A DNA stretch of 64,000 nt, taken from an uncultured Nitrososphaerota archaeon. Its GTDB lineage: Archaea; Thermoproteota; Nitrososphaeria; Nitrososphaerales; Gagatemarchaeaceae. Position numbers and translations under genes: made by a program. The notes beneath the pieces are model-generated. The model did no database searches. It was not told the origin of the DNA and saw only the letters and a list, made by a program, of their open reading frames with translations. The stretch is from contig CAVRAG010000008.1 in the NCBI GenBank assembly GCA_963718895.1, forward strand, positions 1,248,001 through 1,312,000, written 5' to 3'. Shown here piece after piece: positions 48,227 through 58,351 of the stretch. Position 1 is the first letter of the stretch, and each line of letters begins with the position of its first letter.

Positions 48227-48647
48227 TTACTGACCTTGTCTGCTCAGGAGCGATTGCAGCGCCCTCTGGTCAGAGTCCAGCCTCTGCGCGATCTGGTTCC
48301 GCTGGGAGGCTATCGAAGAGATGTCCTGCTCTAGGTCGTTGGCCCGGGCCTCCATGAACTTGGTGGCGTCCTCCCTGGTCTTCTCCACGACCACGTTGGC
48401 GCCGATGTTCAGCAGGACCTTGTCGGTCTTCGGGGGGCTCGCGCGGAGGAGTATCCCGCCCCCGACCGGCACCAGCACCTCCTCGGTCGATGACGAGCTG
48501 AGTCCCTTCATCGTTTCGAGGGAGGACCTGCTCTCGATCTAGAATCCTCTCCAGAAGGCTCTGGCGAGATGATAGGTCGTTGTACGTGCTCTCGAGCACC
48601 CTCACCTCCGCCACCAGGTTGTTGACCCTCTCCTCTTCTTTGCTCAA
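48227..48647 (-). CDS. pfdA: Prefoldin alpha subunit (one +1 frameshift near 48540)
   Basis: N-terminal coiled coil joined to EVLVPVGGG...VLLNIGANVVVEK. Confidence 0.9.
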
Positions 48648-48737
48648 TGCGAACTCTGGCTCCAGCCCGTTCAGACCCTTTTTAACGTTCCGTGCAGGAT
48701 ATCCGCGAAAGTTGGAGCGTGCCGGGGGCGAAGGCGC

Positions 48738-49403
48738 TCAGACGTTGAGTGCCTTTGTCAGGAACATGAGCTCTGGACCCGTGGTGAGGTTCCCGACAAC
48801 GGCGTTCGACGAGTTGGCTATCAGCCCGGATGTCAGGAAAGGGATGCCCCCGTTGACCGAGGCGGGGTACGCCTCGACCTTGAAGATGCCTCCGACTTCC
48901 TCCACCTCCTTCTCGGTCAGCTTGGGATAGACGGCGGCCCCGCTGTTGGTGGCGACGATCAGCGCGCCGACCTGGACGTAGTGCTCGATGGTCAGCCTGT
49001 GGACCTCCACGTCGAGCACGTCCTTGATCTGGGAAACCGCCACGCCGTCAAGTATCGGGGAGACCACCGCTCCGCTGTCGTTGGCCGCGACGAGATTGCC
49101 CACGGCCGTGAACTTGGAGTCGAATTTCTCCACCCTCAGCCCGGTCTGGGATGCAATCTCCCTCACCTCGTAGTCCTCGACCATGCGGGAGACGACCATC
49201 CCCTTGTTGTTCATGGCAATCAGCGGCCCGAGGAGCCTCGTACCCTCGACCGAGACGAATACGGGCGAGACCCGCAGGTTGTCCGCGAGCATCTTGGACT
49301 TGGTCGAGGCTATGCCCTTCGGCGCCAGGAGGAACTTGTCGTTGGCCCTCATGAAGATTCCGATGTTCGGGCTCCTGTAGACCTCTACTAGGTAGAGACC
49401 CAT
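48738..49403 (-). CDS. eif6: Translation initiation factor 6 (aIF6)
   Basis: SPNIGIF, TAVGNLVAAND, SVNGG, TTGPEL. Confidence 0.96.
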   Translation of the reverse strand: MGLYLVEVYRSPNIGIFMRANDKFLLAPKGIASTKSKMLADNLRVSPVFVSVEGTRLLGPLIAMNNKGMVVSRMVEDYEVREIASQTGLRVEKFDSKFTAVGNLVAANDSGAVVSPILDGVAVSQIKDVLDVEVHRLTIEHYVQVGALIVATNSGAAVYPKLTEKEVEEVGGIFKVEAYPASVNGGIPFLTSGLIANSSNAVVGNLTTGPELMFLTKALNV

Positions 49404-49685
49404 CTAGGAAGACACTGGCTCGGGTGCCAGGCGAACGAAAACGACCCCGTCCTCGTCCCTTTCCATCTCGAGCCTGATCCTCCTCGGAGGGTTCGTTATT
49501 CCGCGGGACCAGAGCAGCTCGTTCACGCCCTTCTCGATCTTCACTTCGGTGGCCTTCATGTGCCTGGTCGTGAACTCTCGAATGATCCTTATCGCCACCT
49601 TCGCTCTCCTATACTTGGGTGCCTCGAAGGCTCTGCGCAGCGGCACCATGTAGACGCGGGTCAGCGGTTCTAGGTTCGATGACAT
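49404..49685 (-). CDS. rpl31e: 50S ribosomal protein L31e
   Basis: RVYMVPLR, RRAKVAI, WSRGITNPP. Confidence 0.95.
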   Translation of the reverse strand: MSSNLEPLTRVYMVPLRRAFEAPKYRRAKVAIRIIREFTTRHMKATEVKIEKGVNELLWSRGITNPPRRIRLEMERDEDGVVFVRLAPEPVSS

Positions 49686-49691
49686 GCGCTA

Positions 49692-49850
49692 TCACTTTTG
49701 CCGGAGCTTTTGTCTCCGCCAGTCCCTCTGCTTCGGGTTGAACCTGACGTTCCTGTTGGTCTTGATCACGACCCAGGTCGGGACAGGCGCGGCCTGCTTC
49801 CTTGCCTTCATGAGGCGGTTCTTCTTTGACTTGTCTTTTACGCTCCCCAT
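49692..49850 (-). CDS. rpl39e: 50S ribosomal protein L39e (missed by the ORF track)
   Basis: MGSVKDKSKKNRLMKARKQAAPVPTWVVIKTNRNVRFNPKQRDWRRQKLRQK. Confidence 0.95.
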   Translation of the reverse strand: MGSVKDKSKKNRLMKARKQAAPVPTWVVIKTNRNVRFNPKQRDWRRQKLRQK

Positions 49851-49853
49851 AGC

Positions 49854-50138
49854 TCAAATCCTCCTTATCGTGAATTCCCTCTTCTTCCCCTGCATCGAGC
49901 CGAGCAACTCCTTCAGCATGTCGTCATCTATCACCTGCTTGAGCTTCCCCGCCGTCGCCATCTGGATAATGTAGTCCTCGATCGTCTGGGCAATCTGGGG
50001 CTTCACCATCTTGACGTTTGCCAGGCGCTGTCGGGCCTCCGAGGTCAGGGCCATGCGCATTATGTTCTCGCGGAGGGCCCTCTTCTCCTTGTCCTCCTGT
50101 TGGTCCTTTCTCGGTTGACTATCCCTCTGTTCGGACAA
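49854..50138 (-). CDS. PDCD5/TFAR19-like DNA-binding protein
   Basis: LTSEARQRLANVKMVKP, KREFTIRR; conserved between S19e and L39e. Confidence 0.93.
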   Translation of the reverse strand: MSEQRDSQPRKDQQEDKEKRALRENIMRMALTSEARQRLANVKMVKPQIAQTIEDYIIQMATAGKLKQVIDDDMLKELLGSMQGKKREFTIRRI

Positions 50139-50144
50139 ATCCCA

Positions 50145-50600
50145 TCACCCGTATCTTGCCAGTGCAGGAATATCCTTCGAGAGCTCCTTAAAAACGTCTT
50201 TGCTGACCTTGTCCATCAGCGCCACTCCCTTCGGGGTCAGTACTCTGCCCTTGTTTCCTTGTTTCGTGACCAGATCCGCCTGTTCCATATCCTTCAGCGC
50301 GTTTCTGATGATTGAACCGCCGGAATCTCGGTGATGCTTCGGATAGTACGCCAGCGCCTTGCTGCCTCCGTAGGCGGACTCGAGCTGCTGCAGCCCGACC
50401 GGGCCCTGCAGGTACACCTTCCTTAGCAGGGAGGCGGCCCTCGTGTACCACCAGTCAGCCTGCTGGGGTGGTCTCTCGGCATGGGAGCCGGTCTTCACAT
50501 AGGCGGCCCACTGCGGGGGCTCGAGCTCTGGGACCCTCTTCAGATGCTCCGCTAAGGCCTTGATCAGTTTGTCTGCAGGTACATCATGGACACGGACCAT
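50145..50600 (-). CDS. rps19e: 30S ribosomal protein S19e
   Basis: VKTGSHAERPP, WWYTRAASLLRK, GSIIR. Confidence 0.97.
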   Translation of the reverse strand: MVRVHDVPADKLIKALAEHLKRVPELEPPQWAAYVKTGSHAERPPQQADWWYTRAASLLRKVYLQGPVGLQQLESAYGGSKALAYYPKHHRDSGGSIIRNALKDMEQADLVTKQGNKGRVLTPKGVALMDKVSKDVFKELSKDIPALARYG

Positions 50601-50643
50601 CTTTTTCCACGGAGTGAATTGGTCAGCCCTGGCCGCTGTATAT

Positions 50644-50970
50644 TTAAGCGTGACCCGAGATTTTCTTTCGGTTCACGTAGCCGCACTCGCCGCAGGTGAC
50701 CATGAGGAACTTGCCAGGGCCCAGTCTGACCCTGGCGTTGATCCCCGGGTAGAGGAGGCCCTTGCAGCCGTGACAGAAGAAGCGCTTCAGGGACCAGTCG
50801 TACCTGACGTTGAACTTCAGCATGACCCTCCTCGCCAGCGAGGCCTGAGCCTTGGCCAGGGCGACGTCGCCCGGAGCGGTCGCGACTGCCATCTCAATCA
50901 GCGTCGCGGCCGTCTGGGCGGCTTCCTTCTTGGCCTCCCTTCTCTTCACGCTCCTGCCACCCGCAGACAA
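50644..50970 (-). CDS. rnp4: Ribonuclease P protein component 4 (Rpp21)
   Basis: KRFFCHGC...PGINARVRL...TCGECG. Confidence 0.92.
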   Translation of the reverse strand: MSAGGRSVKRREAKKEAAQTAATLIEMAVATAPGDVALAKAQASLARRVMLKFNVRYDWSLKRFFCHGCKGLLYPGINARVRLGPGKFLMVTCGECGYVNRKKISGHA

Positions 50971-50999
50971 GCATTAATCGTAGCCGGTTTCTCGTCCGC

Positions 51000-51692
51000 A
51001 TGGTGCTGAACCTAGTCATCGCCGAGGCCGCGCTCGAGCTGGTGCCGAGCGAGATCTCCCGCCACGCCTCTGTCCGGAACGACGCGAGGCGGAGGGAGCT
51101 CGACCCCTCCGGGATACTCTTGGACAGGAGCATCCACCACGGGGCTATGCTCAAGCTGGAGGAGGACTACAAGCGGGGTCGGCCGGACCTGGTGCACCTG
51201 ACGCTCCTGAGCGTCACGAGCACCCCCCTGTATCAGGCGGGCGGGGTGAAGGTCTTCATCCACACCCGGGACGACGTGGTGCTCGATTTCAGGGAGAGGA
51301 CCAGGCCCCCGAAGAGCTACTTCAGGTTCAGGGACCTCATGCAGCACGCGCTGATTGAGAGGCCCGATTCCGGACTGATCTCGGTCCATGAGGCCTCAAT
51401 CTCCACGCTCCTGAAGCGGATCGGTCCGTGCCTAGCGATAGGGCTCTCCGTCCAGGGGACGCCCGTCAAGCTCGAGGACCTGGCACTCCGGCTGTCGGGT
51501 GCCAAGGACCCCGTGGTGCTGGTGGGCGGGTTCCCAAAGGGACACTTCACCCCTGAGACTTCGGAGGTGCTGGACCAGCTAGCGAGAATCGATTCGAGTC
51601 CCATGGACGCTCACGTGGTCGCCGCCCGGCTGGTGTACGAAGTCGAGAAGCTACATGGGGCGACGAATCGGCCGCCGACCTCGCGGGCTTGA
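51000..51692 (+). CDS. nep1: rRNA pseudouridine N1-methyltransferase Nep1
   Basis: EAALELVP, LDRSIH, RGRPDLVH, VGGFPKG. Confidence 0.95.
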   Translation: MVLNLVIAEAALELVPSEISRHASVRNDARRRELDPSGILLDRSIHHGAMLKLEEDYKRGRPDLVHLTLLSVTSTPLYQAGGVKVFIHTRDDVVLDFRERTRPPKSYFRFRDLMQHALIERPDSGLISVHEASISTLLKRIGPCLAIGLSVQGTPVKLEDLALRLSGAKDPVVLVGGFPKGHFTPETSEVLDQLARIDSSPMDAHVVAARLVYEVEKLHGATNRPPTSRA

Positions 51693-51767
51693 TGGAAGAA
51701 TTCCCTAGAAGAATTCAGCTGTTGGAGCTAAGTAAGCAATCCGATATCTGCCCATCGCGTAGTTATC

Positions 51768-52598
51768 ATGCCAACGATTAAGACAAGGGATGGTACTCAA
51801 ATCTACTACAAGGACTGGGGGGCGGGACAGCCGATCGTCTTCAGTCACGGATGGCCGCTGAGCTCAGACGCCTGGGAGGATCAGATGCTGTTCGTGGCAT
51901 CGCATGGATACCGTTGCGTCGCGCACGATCGCCGAGGCCACGGCCGTTCGGACCAGCCGTGGAACGGGAACGATATGGACACCTACGCTGACGACCTCGC
52001 TGAGCTGGTCAAGCATCTCGACTTGAAGGACGCAGTTCACGTCGGTCATTCCACCGGAGGCGGCGAGGTCGCGCGCTACATAGGACGACACGGCACGAAG
52101 CGCGTCGCCAAGGCGGTGCTCATTGGGGCGGTCCCGCCCATCATGGTGAAGACGACGTCAAACCCGGGCGGTCTTCCGATCGAGATGTTCGATCAGATTC
52201 GCGCCAGCGTCCAGGCCGACCGCTCTCAGTTCTGGAAGGATCTGTCTGCGCCATTCTACGGGGCGAACCGGCCGAACTCTAAGGTCTCGGAGGGGTTGCG
52301 CGACTCTTTCTGGCTCCAGGGCATGATGGCCGGTCACAAGGCGGTCTACGACTGCATCAAGCAGTTCTCCGAGACCGACTTCACTGAAGATCTCAAGAAG
52401 ATCGATGTGCCAACCCTGATTCTGCATGGCGACGACGACCAGATAGTCCCGATCGCGGACTCGGCGATGCTCTCTGCCAAGCTGGTCAAGGGCGCCGTCC
52501 TGAAGGTGATCCCGGGGGCGCCCCACGGCATGTGCTCGACCCTCAAGGATACCGTCAACTCAGAGCTGCTGTCCTTCCTGAAGACAGGCCGTCCGTGA
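51768..52598 (+). CDS. cpo: Non-heme haloperoxidase/arylesterase (alpha/beta hydrolase)
   Basis: [36 protein letters not shown]. Confidence 0.92.
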   Translation: MPTIKTRDGTQIYYKDWGAGQPIVFSHGWPLSSDAWEDQMLFVASHGYRCVAHDRRGHGRSDQPWNGNDMDTYADDLAELVKHLDLKDAVHVGHSTGGGEVARYIGRHGTKRVAKAVLIGAVPPIMVKTTSNPGGLPIEMFDQIRASVQADRSQFWKDLSAPFYGANRPNSKVSEGLRDSFWLQGMMAGHKAVYDCIKQFSETDFTEDLKKIDVPTLILHGDDDQIVPIADSAMLSAKLVKGAVLKVIPGAPHGMCSTLKDTVNSELLSFLKTGRP

Positions 52599-52631
52599 GG
52601 GTGGTCGGATGATGTGGAGCTGATCTAGCCG

Positions 52632-53114
52632 ATGACTGACTCCGTCAGCAGAACACCCTCAATCCTGAAACCGGGCTCCAAGGCGCCAAGTTTCACTCTC
52701 AAGAGCACTCCGGACCAGAGCGTATCTCTCAGGGACTTCCTGGGCAGGCCAGTGGTACTCGCATTCTATCCGGCCGATTGGAGTCCGGTCTGCAGCGACC
52801 AGATGGGGCTCTACGCGCAGGTCATGTCAGAGTTCAAGAAGTTCAATGCGGAGGTTCTCGGAATCTCCGTAGACGGGGTCTGGTCTCATCTCGCATTCGC
52901 CAAGGACCGCAAGCTCAACTTCCCGCTTCTGTCCGACTTTGAGCCCAAAGGCGCGGTCTCGAAGATGTATGGGGCGTATGAGGCGCGGGTCGGTGAATCG
53001 GCGAGGGCGCTCTTCGTACTAGACCACAAGGGGATGATCAGATGGAGCATGCTCTCGCCCGACGGAGTCAATCCTGGCGCGGACGGGATACTCTCCGCCT
53101 TGGAGAAGCTTTGA
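52632..53114 (+). CDS. 1-Cys peroxiredoxin (AhpC/TSA, AhpE-like)
   Basis: FYPADWSPVC, GISVD, LLSDFEP, ARALFV. Confidence 0.9.
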   Translation: MTDSVSRTPSILKPGSKAPSFTLKSTPDQSVSLRDFLGRPVVLAFYPADWSPVCSDQMGLYAQVMSEFKKFNAEVLGISVDGVWSHLAFAKDRKLNFPLLSDFEPKGAVSKMYGAYEARVGESARALFVLDHKGMIRWSMLSPDGVNPGADGILSALEKL

Positions 53115-53124
53115 GTGAGTCGCG

Positions 53125-53685
53125 ATGGCCCAGAACTACAGACCGCCCACGCTCACCCTGCCGATCGGAGAACGCGACCACTCCGAAGGGTCCTCTGATG
53201 CTCCAGTGGTGCTGGTCGAGTACGGAGACTATCAGTGTCCCTACTGCGGGGCGGCGTATCCCATCGTGAAAAGAATACAGAGGCAGCTCGGAACGAGGCT
53301 GCGATTCGTCTTCAGGAACTTCCCGATTACAAACTCCCACCCACAAGCGATGTGGGCGGCGGAGACTGCGGAGGCTGCGGCCGCCCAAGGGAAGTTCTGG
53401 GAGATGCACGATTACCTCTACGAGAATCAGCCATCGCTGGGAGACGTGGCCTTCTTCGCCGACTACGAGAAGAAGCTCAAGCTGGACGTGGCCAAGCTCG
53501 AGCGCGAGATCGCACAGCACACCCATTCGGCACGAATCCAGGAGGACTACATGAGCGGAATTAGGAGCGGCGTCAACGGCACGCCCACGTTCTTCATCAA
53601 CGGCCAGCGATACGACGGATATCCAGAGTTCGGTCCCCTGATCTCGGCCATTGAAGGCGCCGAGAAGTCAGGGAGGCACGAGTGA
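53125..53685 (+). CDS. DsbA/DsbG-like thioredoxin-fold oxidoreductase
   Basis: EYGDYQCPYC, FRNFP, GKFWEMHD, GVNGTPTFFING. Confidence 0.92.
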   Translation: MAQNYRPPTLTLPIGERDHSEGSSDAPVVLVEYGDYQCPYCGAAYPIVKRIQRQLGTRLRFVFRNFPITNSHPQAMWAAETAEAAAAQGKFWEMHDYLYENQPSLGDVAFFADYEKKLKLDVAKLEREIAQHTHSARIQEDYMSGIRSGVNGTPTFFINGQRYDGYPEFGPLISAIEGAEKSGRHE

Positions 53686-53839
53686 ACCTCGCCACAAGAC
53701 CTCCGCGCAGCCGAGCTGATAGTCTGGGACGGTTCATGGAGGGCCATAGTAGCTCACGAGAGAGACAACTATGACCGCAGCTAGCCGGTGCATTGACCGT
53801 TATCAAAAATAAAAAGGGGCTAATCTGGGTGCAAGCCAA

Positions 53840-53953
53840 GCGGTCGTCGTCCAGATCACACTTGAGGACAATCTGGTCTAGGACATAAGCCCTCCAAGCT
53901 TGTAATCCCGCAAAACGGGACAGGAGACCCGGGTTCAAATCCCGGCGACCGCA
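53840..53953 (+). tRNA. tRNA-Gly(TCC) with two non-canonical BHB introns (D-loop 15/16: 53855-53871; variable loop 45/46: 53905-53926)
   Basis: Acceptor GCGGTCG/CGACCGC, TCC at 53893-53895, CCGGG-TTCAAAT-CCCGG T-arm; both inserts fold as bulge-helix-bulge (GTCC/GGAC and CTTG/CAGG central helices). Confidence 0.9.
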
Positions 53954-54519
53954 CATCTATCACATGAGACGGTCGGAGTTTGTAAAGACTCGTTGGGATT
54001 TGAACCTAAAGTCAGGTGCACAAACACCGCACACGACCTACTACAACGCAGCCCGCATATCTCCTCCGCCGAACAAGGAGTGGTTCCTGATGACCTTCTT
54101 CGGATTTCTCGTACTAGGGCTGTACTTCCTTGGGAAAATCGTCCGTAAGAAGCCCCCGAACCAATGAGATTCGGCTGGACATTCCATCGATCTGAAACAA
54201 CAAGAGAAGCGCTCTCCAGTCAATCAAAAAGTAAGTCGATAATCTAGCCCAGTTGAGCTGGGTGCGGTTAGGTGTATCCTCCCACCGGGCACCCATGATA
54301 TTCAACTTCTTCAACTTCTTCAGGGCCGAAAACAAGACAGGCGACGGGAAGATGAATGAGGAGAACGGATATCGGGTCACTATGCCCTTCATGGTGACTG
54401 TCCTTTGCGCACATCTCAACGGCAGGATCTGACTGAGAGCGGGCCCGGAACTGAGGTGATCCGACTCACCTTTCGATTGACTGACAGTCCCTGGAGGGCG
54501 GCGTCGTCGAGGCTCTTGA

Positions 54520-55311
54520 TCACGTATCCGATGGTCGAGGCTCTTGACCACGTAGCCTGCCCCCCAGCTCATTCTCCGCGTGCTGAAAAGACGCGGTTTC
54601 GGTTCTTGTCTTGAATCCCTTGGCCGCTGATTCCTGATGTTTTGAATCCCTCATGTCTAACAACCATGACCCGACGAATGGGATGCTGATGAAGATGCCG
54701 ACGACCAGTGCGATTATCACCACCACCTCATATTCCCAGCCGGGGATGGAATCACTCGGCTTCGCATCCGCGCTCGTCGCAGTTTGAGGTGCTGTCCAAT
54801 TTGACGTTGTGGTGGATGTGATCGTCGAGACTACTTGGATAGCTATTCCCATCAACAGATTACCCTGCGAGTAAATGGTGAGAACGTAATCGCCCGGAGT
54901 CGTAGGTGCGGTTATCTTGTAGAGCGCGGTGATGTTTCCTGTAACTCCGCTGAGGTTGTATGGGGAGAGAGCAATGACACTCGTGGGGCTGAACGTGAAC
55001 TTGGCGTTGTCGGACTGGTTCGACTCCCACAGCTGGAGTTGCGGGACTACGCCCGTGGAGTGCACGTCCCACGTGCTGACGAGGAGGTGGAACGTGCTTC
55101 CGACCATTATGTGGCTGAAGTAGACCCCGGCTTCACCGTCTCCTGTACGGTTGACGTAGACTTCGATTCCGTTGTTGTGGCAGTAGCAGCCATTGTCCCG
55201 GCTCGGCGTACCGTGCGAGAAGCTGCTCTGGGTCCAGACACCATACGTCGTTACCGTGACGCCCAGGAGCAATACTGTCAGACCAATCGTGTACATCCTT
55301 CGTTTGATCAT
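54520..55311 (-). CDS. Secreted membrane-anchored protein with CxCH motif (Reeler/Ig-like)
   Basis: Signal anchor, DNGCYCHNNG, ITAPTTPGDYVL, Thr linker, C-terminal TM. Confidence 0.7.
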   Translation of the reverse strand: MIKRRMYTIGLTVLLLGVTVTTYGVWTQSSFSHGTPSRDNGCYCHNNGIEVYVNRTGDGEAGVYFSHIMVGSTFHLLVSTWDVHSTGVVPQLQLWESNQSDNAKFTFSPTSVIALSPYNLSGVTGNITALYKITAPTTPGDYVLTIYSQGNLLMGIAIQVVSTITSTTTSNWTAPQTATSADAKPSDSIPGWEYEVVVIIALVVGIFISIPFVGSWLLDMRDSKHQESAAKGFKTRTETASFQHAENELGGRLRGQEPRPSDT

Positions 55312-55477
55312 TGCCGGTCGCTCCTCAAGAAGCTAAAGAGACGAAGCGGAACGGCTTCGAGAAGACCCTCGATTGTGTTCGGAGGACTTCGGAGCCTGAT
55401 TCCTGTCTCCTTGTCCGCAGTACCTTCATTGGTTGCAACTCGAAGTTGCGTCTTGAGGTGGCGTATCGCGGAATCAA

Positions 55478-55777
55478 CTATGACACCATGCTCCTAACAA
55501 GATCCGTTACAGGCGAATGGCATAACTTGTAGAACACCCATCTCTCCCTCTTGCTTCTTTGAAGCAGTCCAACTCGTTCAAGGATCCCCAAGTGATGAGA
55601 CATGGTCGGCTGCGTCATCTGTAGAGCAGACTCTAGCTCACAGACGCACATCTCTCTCTTCGACAGTAGCAGGATGATCTTGATTCTGCTGGGCTCGCCT
55701 ATTGCTCTAAGGATTCTCTCAGCCGACCGAATCTTCTCTGCGTACTCTGGCGACAAGATAGCTGCGCCATCAGCCAT
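55478..55777 (-). CDS. ArsR/SmtB family transcriptional regulator
   Basis: AIGEPSRIKII, EMCVCEL, QPTMSHHL, WVFYKL. Confidence 0.9.
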   Translation of the reverse strand: MADGAAILSPEYAEKIRSAERILRAIGEPSRIKIILLLSKREMCVCELESALQMTQPTMSHHLGILERVGLLQRSKRERWVFYKLCHSPVTDLVRSMVS

Positions 55778-56199
55778 AGCAATTCTAACGTCTTCAGGTT
55801 GACAAAACCCAACAGCAACCAACCGATTGACAGATTTGTGGTGAGATACCTTCACCAACTCTTGCACCTCCTCGAACCAACCAACTGAATGAGGTCTGCA
55901 AACCCGGTCTCATGCGTCATCATACAGGTCACTTTCATCGAATTGGGTGTCTCCAACCAGACTCGGTTGAGCTGCAAATTCGAATTTAGTTTGTTGCAGG
56001 GCTTGTTGTGGAGAAGCGGCAGAACTAGGCAGGCAATCGTCGAAGTCTCACTCGATAGACTCGAAGGCAACGTTCATGCGTGTGAAGCTCATATTCACGC
56101 ATATAAATACATGGAAGCTCTTTCTCAAAAATGAGAATCCTCCGAATGTTGTGGTGGCAAAACCCCAACGCGTTAGGGATGCCATTTATGCCATACTAG

Positions 56200-56454
56200 A
56201 TGAGACTGGGGACCTCACTGAACACGGTCTTCAGGTACGTCGGTCAGACGCTCGGGTCCCCCACGGCCGGAGCTATCCTTTCGACGTTCGTCGCCGGCTA
56301 CTCGGTCAGTGGTCACGTGCTCAGCCTTCCGACCAGAGCCGCGTTTCATTTCTGCTCTTACGTCCCCGTGGTCGCTTTCCTAGCGGTAGGGCTGCTCTCG
56401 ATATTCGCCAGAGAAGTCATCGGGAAAAATGAGGACAAGGGCCACGCCATCTGA
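56200..56454 (+). pseudogene. C-terminal fragment of an MFS (DHA2-like) transporter
   Basis: GTSLNTVFRYVGQTLGSPTAGAIL... last two TMs only, no upstream part. Confidence 0.65.
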
Positions 56455-56680
56455 CTCTTCCCCCGGTCCTTGTGCGACTATCTCATGACATCCTTTGGCT
56501 TCGTAGTGGAGAGACTCGTCTCCTCGTCGCTTAGGAAGTTGTAGAAAGGGATGCGCCCTTCTTGTGTTACAAGGATTCCCCGGCCCTATCTTGGCGTTGA
56601 CGATTAACTTCTCCTCGCCGTCGCTGAGGCTGATTGCCTCCTTGAGTTCTGCGTGCAATCTGAACCTAAAGTTCAGCTTG

Positions 56681-56692
56681 CGGCGACCGCAC
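56681..56692 (+). repeat. att-like direct repeat of the tRNA-Gly 3' end (1)
   Basis: CGGCGACCGCAC identical to 53943-53954, preceded by GTTCA resembling the T-loop. Confidence 0.75.
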
Positions 56693-56775
56693 CTATTCAT
56701 CTGAAATCGGTCCCTTGAGGACGCGTTGCCTTGTTTGCTCTACCAAGTTTGGGTCCTTACTGACGAAATCTTCGG

Positions 56776-58002
56776 TTACTGCAGAGCGCGCTGGGGTGGA
56801 GGAGTAGGAAGTGGCTTCTTGCGCGTCCTAACTAACACTAAGGCTGCGGCAACCGCCACAACGACCACCACCACGCCCACACCCACAATGCTCGATATTG
56901 GAAATGACAGAGGAGTTGGACTCGCAGTGGTGACAGAAGACGTAGGCAGCGGCGTGGTCAAAGCACTAGTTGTGGGAGTTAGGGTAACTGTTGGAGTCGA
57001 GCTTTGAGACGGAGACGCAGTTGAATTTGAAAACGGAGTTGCCAATGGAACGATTTTACTCAAGTCTATCGGCGTTTGGACCGACGGCGTCCACTGTGAG
57101 GGATCATTTGGGTTGGCGTTGGCGGTGTTGCCGACGTAGACTTGCAGCCGACCCGCCAAGGGCGATGATGGGTCAACGTATGCGTATGGATCTACAACCG
57201 CCTGCGCCTCAGAGAGCGGATAACTGACAAATACAACTCCATCTTGAGCTTCAATCTCAGCAGTTACTCTGACATCTACACCAATTGTTAAGAAAAAGAG
57301 TGGGGGAGAGAAACCATTTCCAGAGTATGAGGAGGAAAGTGTTCCCTCAGGAGAGCCGACATTCTGATCCGCGTAGGGACCTATTCCTTCGGCAAACTGC
57401 GCCACCGCCGGGGTACCGATACCCGCAACTGATACCCCGAAGCTGATGAATCCCTGCGCTAATGCATCTCCCCCCGTAGGGGTCATAGAGAAGCTGTAGT
57501 TGAGGTCAACAGGGATATTGACCTCAACCTTTGGAGAATCAAAAGGTCTTCCCGTTGTCTTGTTGAAGATTAGATATTGCCAATTTTCTAATTCCGCGTC
57601 TGCACTGCCCATTACATTGCTACCAAGTGACGGCGCACTTGCAGAGGCGATGGCTGTGGCCATCGGTTCATTCCCGTTGGCATAGATGGCTGCCTCCCCC
57701 ACTAATTGGCCGGGGCCCTGTACATTGCCCACAGAATCGCTGATACCCGAAGGCCACGTCAGGCTACTGGATAGGTCCTCATAGCCGCTTGCATACAAGA
57801 AGTGTTCGGAATTGGCGAGGGTATTGGCGAAGGGGTTGCAGGACCCTACATTTGGATCCAAAGTTACTGTTGCTGGGGGTATTGTTTGGGCATGCGCGCT
57901 ATGAAGTAGAAGGCTACTTGAAATGAAAACCGATATCAAGAGGACAGCCGTAACCGATGTCTTCAACCTCAGGCGAAATCTTCGCCCTGAAATGGTCAAC
58001 AT
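56776..58002 (-). CDS. Secreted/surface protein with Ser/Thr/Pro stalk and C-terminal TM anchor
   Basis: Signal peptide ending AHA-QT, beta-rich body, STP linker, TM + RTRKK. Confidence 0.75.
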   Translation of the reverse strand: MLTISGRRFRLRLKTSVTAVLLISVFISSSLLLHSAHAQTIPPATVTLDPNVGSCNPFANTLANSEHFLYASGYEDLSSSLTWPSGISDSVGNVQGPGQLVGEAAIYANGNEPMATAIASASAPSLGSNVMGSADAELENWQYLIFNKTTGRPFDSPKVEVNIPVDLNYSFSMTPTGGDALAQGFISFGVSVAGIGTPAVAQFAEGIGPYADQNVGSPEGTLSSSYSGNGFSPPLFFLTIGVDVRVTAEIEAQDGVVFVSYPLSEAQAVVDPYAYVDPSSPLAGRLQVYVGNTANANPNDPSQWTPSVQTPIDLSKIVPLATPFSNSTASPSQSSTPTVTLTPTTSALTTPLPTSSVTTASPTPLSFPISSIVGVGVVVVVVAVAAALVLVRTRKKPLPTPPPQRALQ

Positions 58003-58351
58003 GCTTCACCTCGCCCAAGCTGGAATGGCATCCGGGCAATCAGAATCCAAAAAGCGAGGACCAGAATCGAGGCAGAAGTGAAAAGTACCGTTGAGAGGGC
58101 GGATGTCGTCGCCAGAGCCGCGAGCGTCGCGTAGCCGCCAATTCGACAGAGCCTCTTGCGGGCCGAATCTTCAGTTTCGGCCTTGGACTCATCTGTACCG
58201 TGTTGGCCTAGGCCAACCGGCGTGCTCATTGTTCAGAAGCCTGGTTGTGACGAGGCAATTGGAGTATTAAAACCAACACCACGATTCTCAGAATTGGGAA
58301 GCCCAACGCCTGTACCGCTTGGAACCCTCGTGTGCGATTTGAACCTAGAGT

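Noticed and set aside
48648-48737. Expected rplX (L18a/LX) between eif6 and pfdA
   Set aside because: Only a 90-bp spacer with a TATA-like box. Absence at this position is consistent with Nitrososphaerota and is not novel.
53597-53956. ORF MCGRRDLNPG... as a split SSV-type integrase fragment (also 56380-56700)
   Set aside because: It is the antisense reading of the tRNA/att sequence; no tyrosine-recombinase R-H-R-Y motifs are recognisable.
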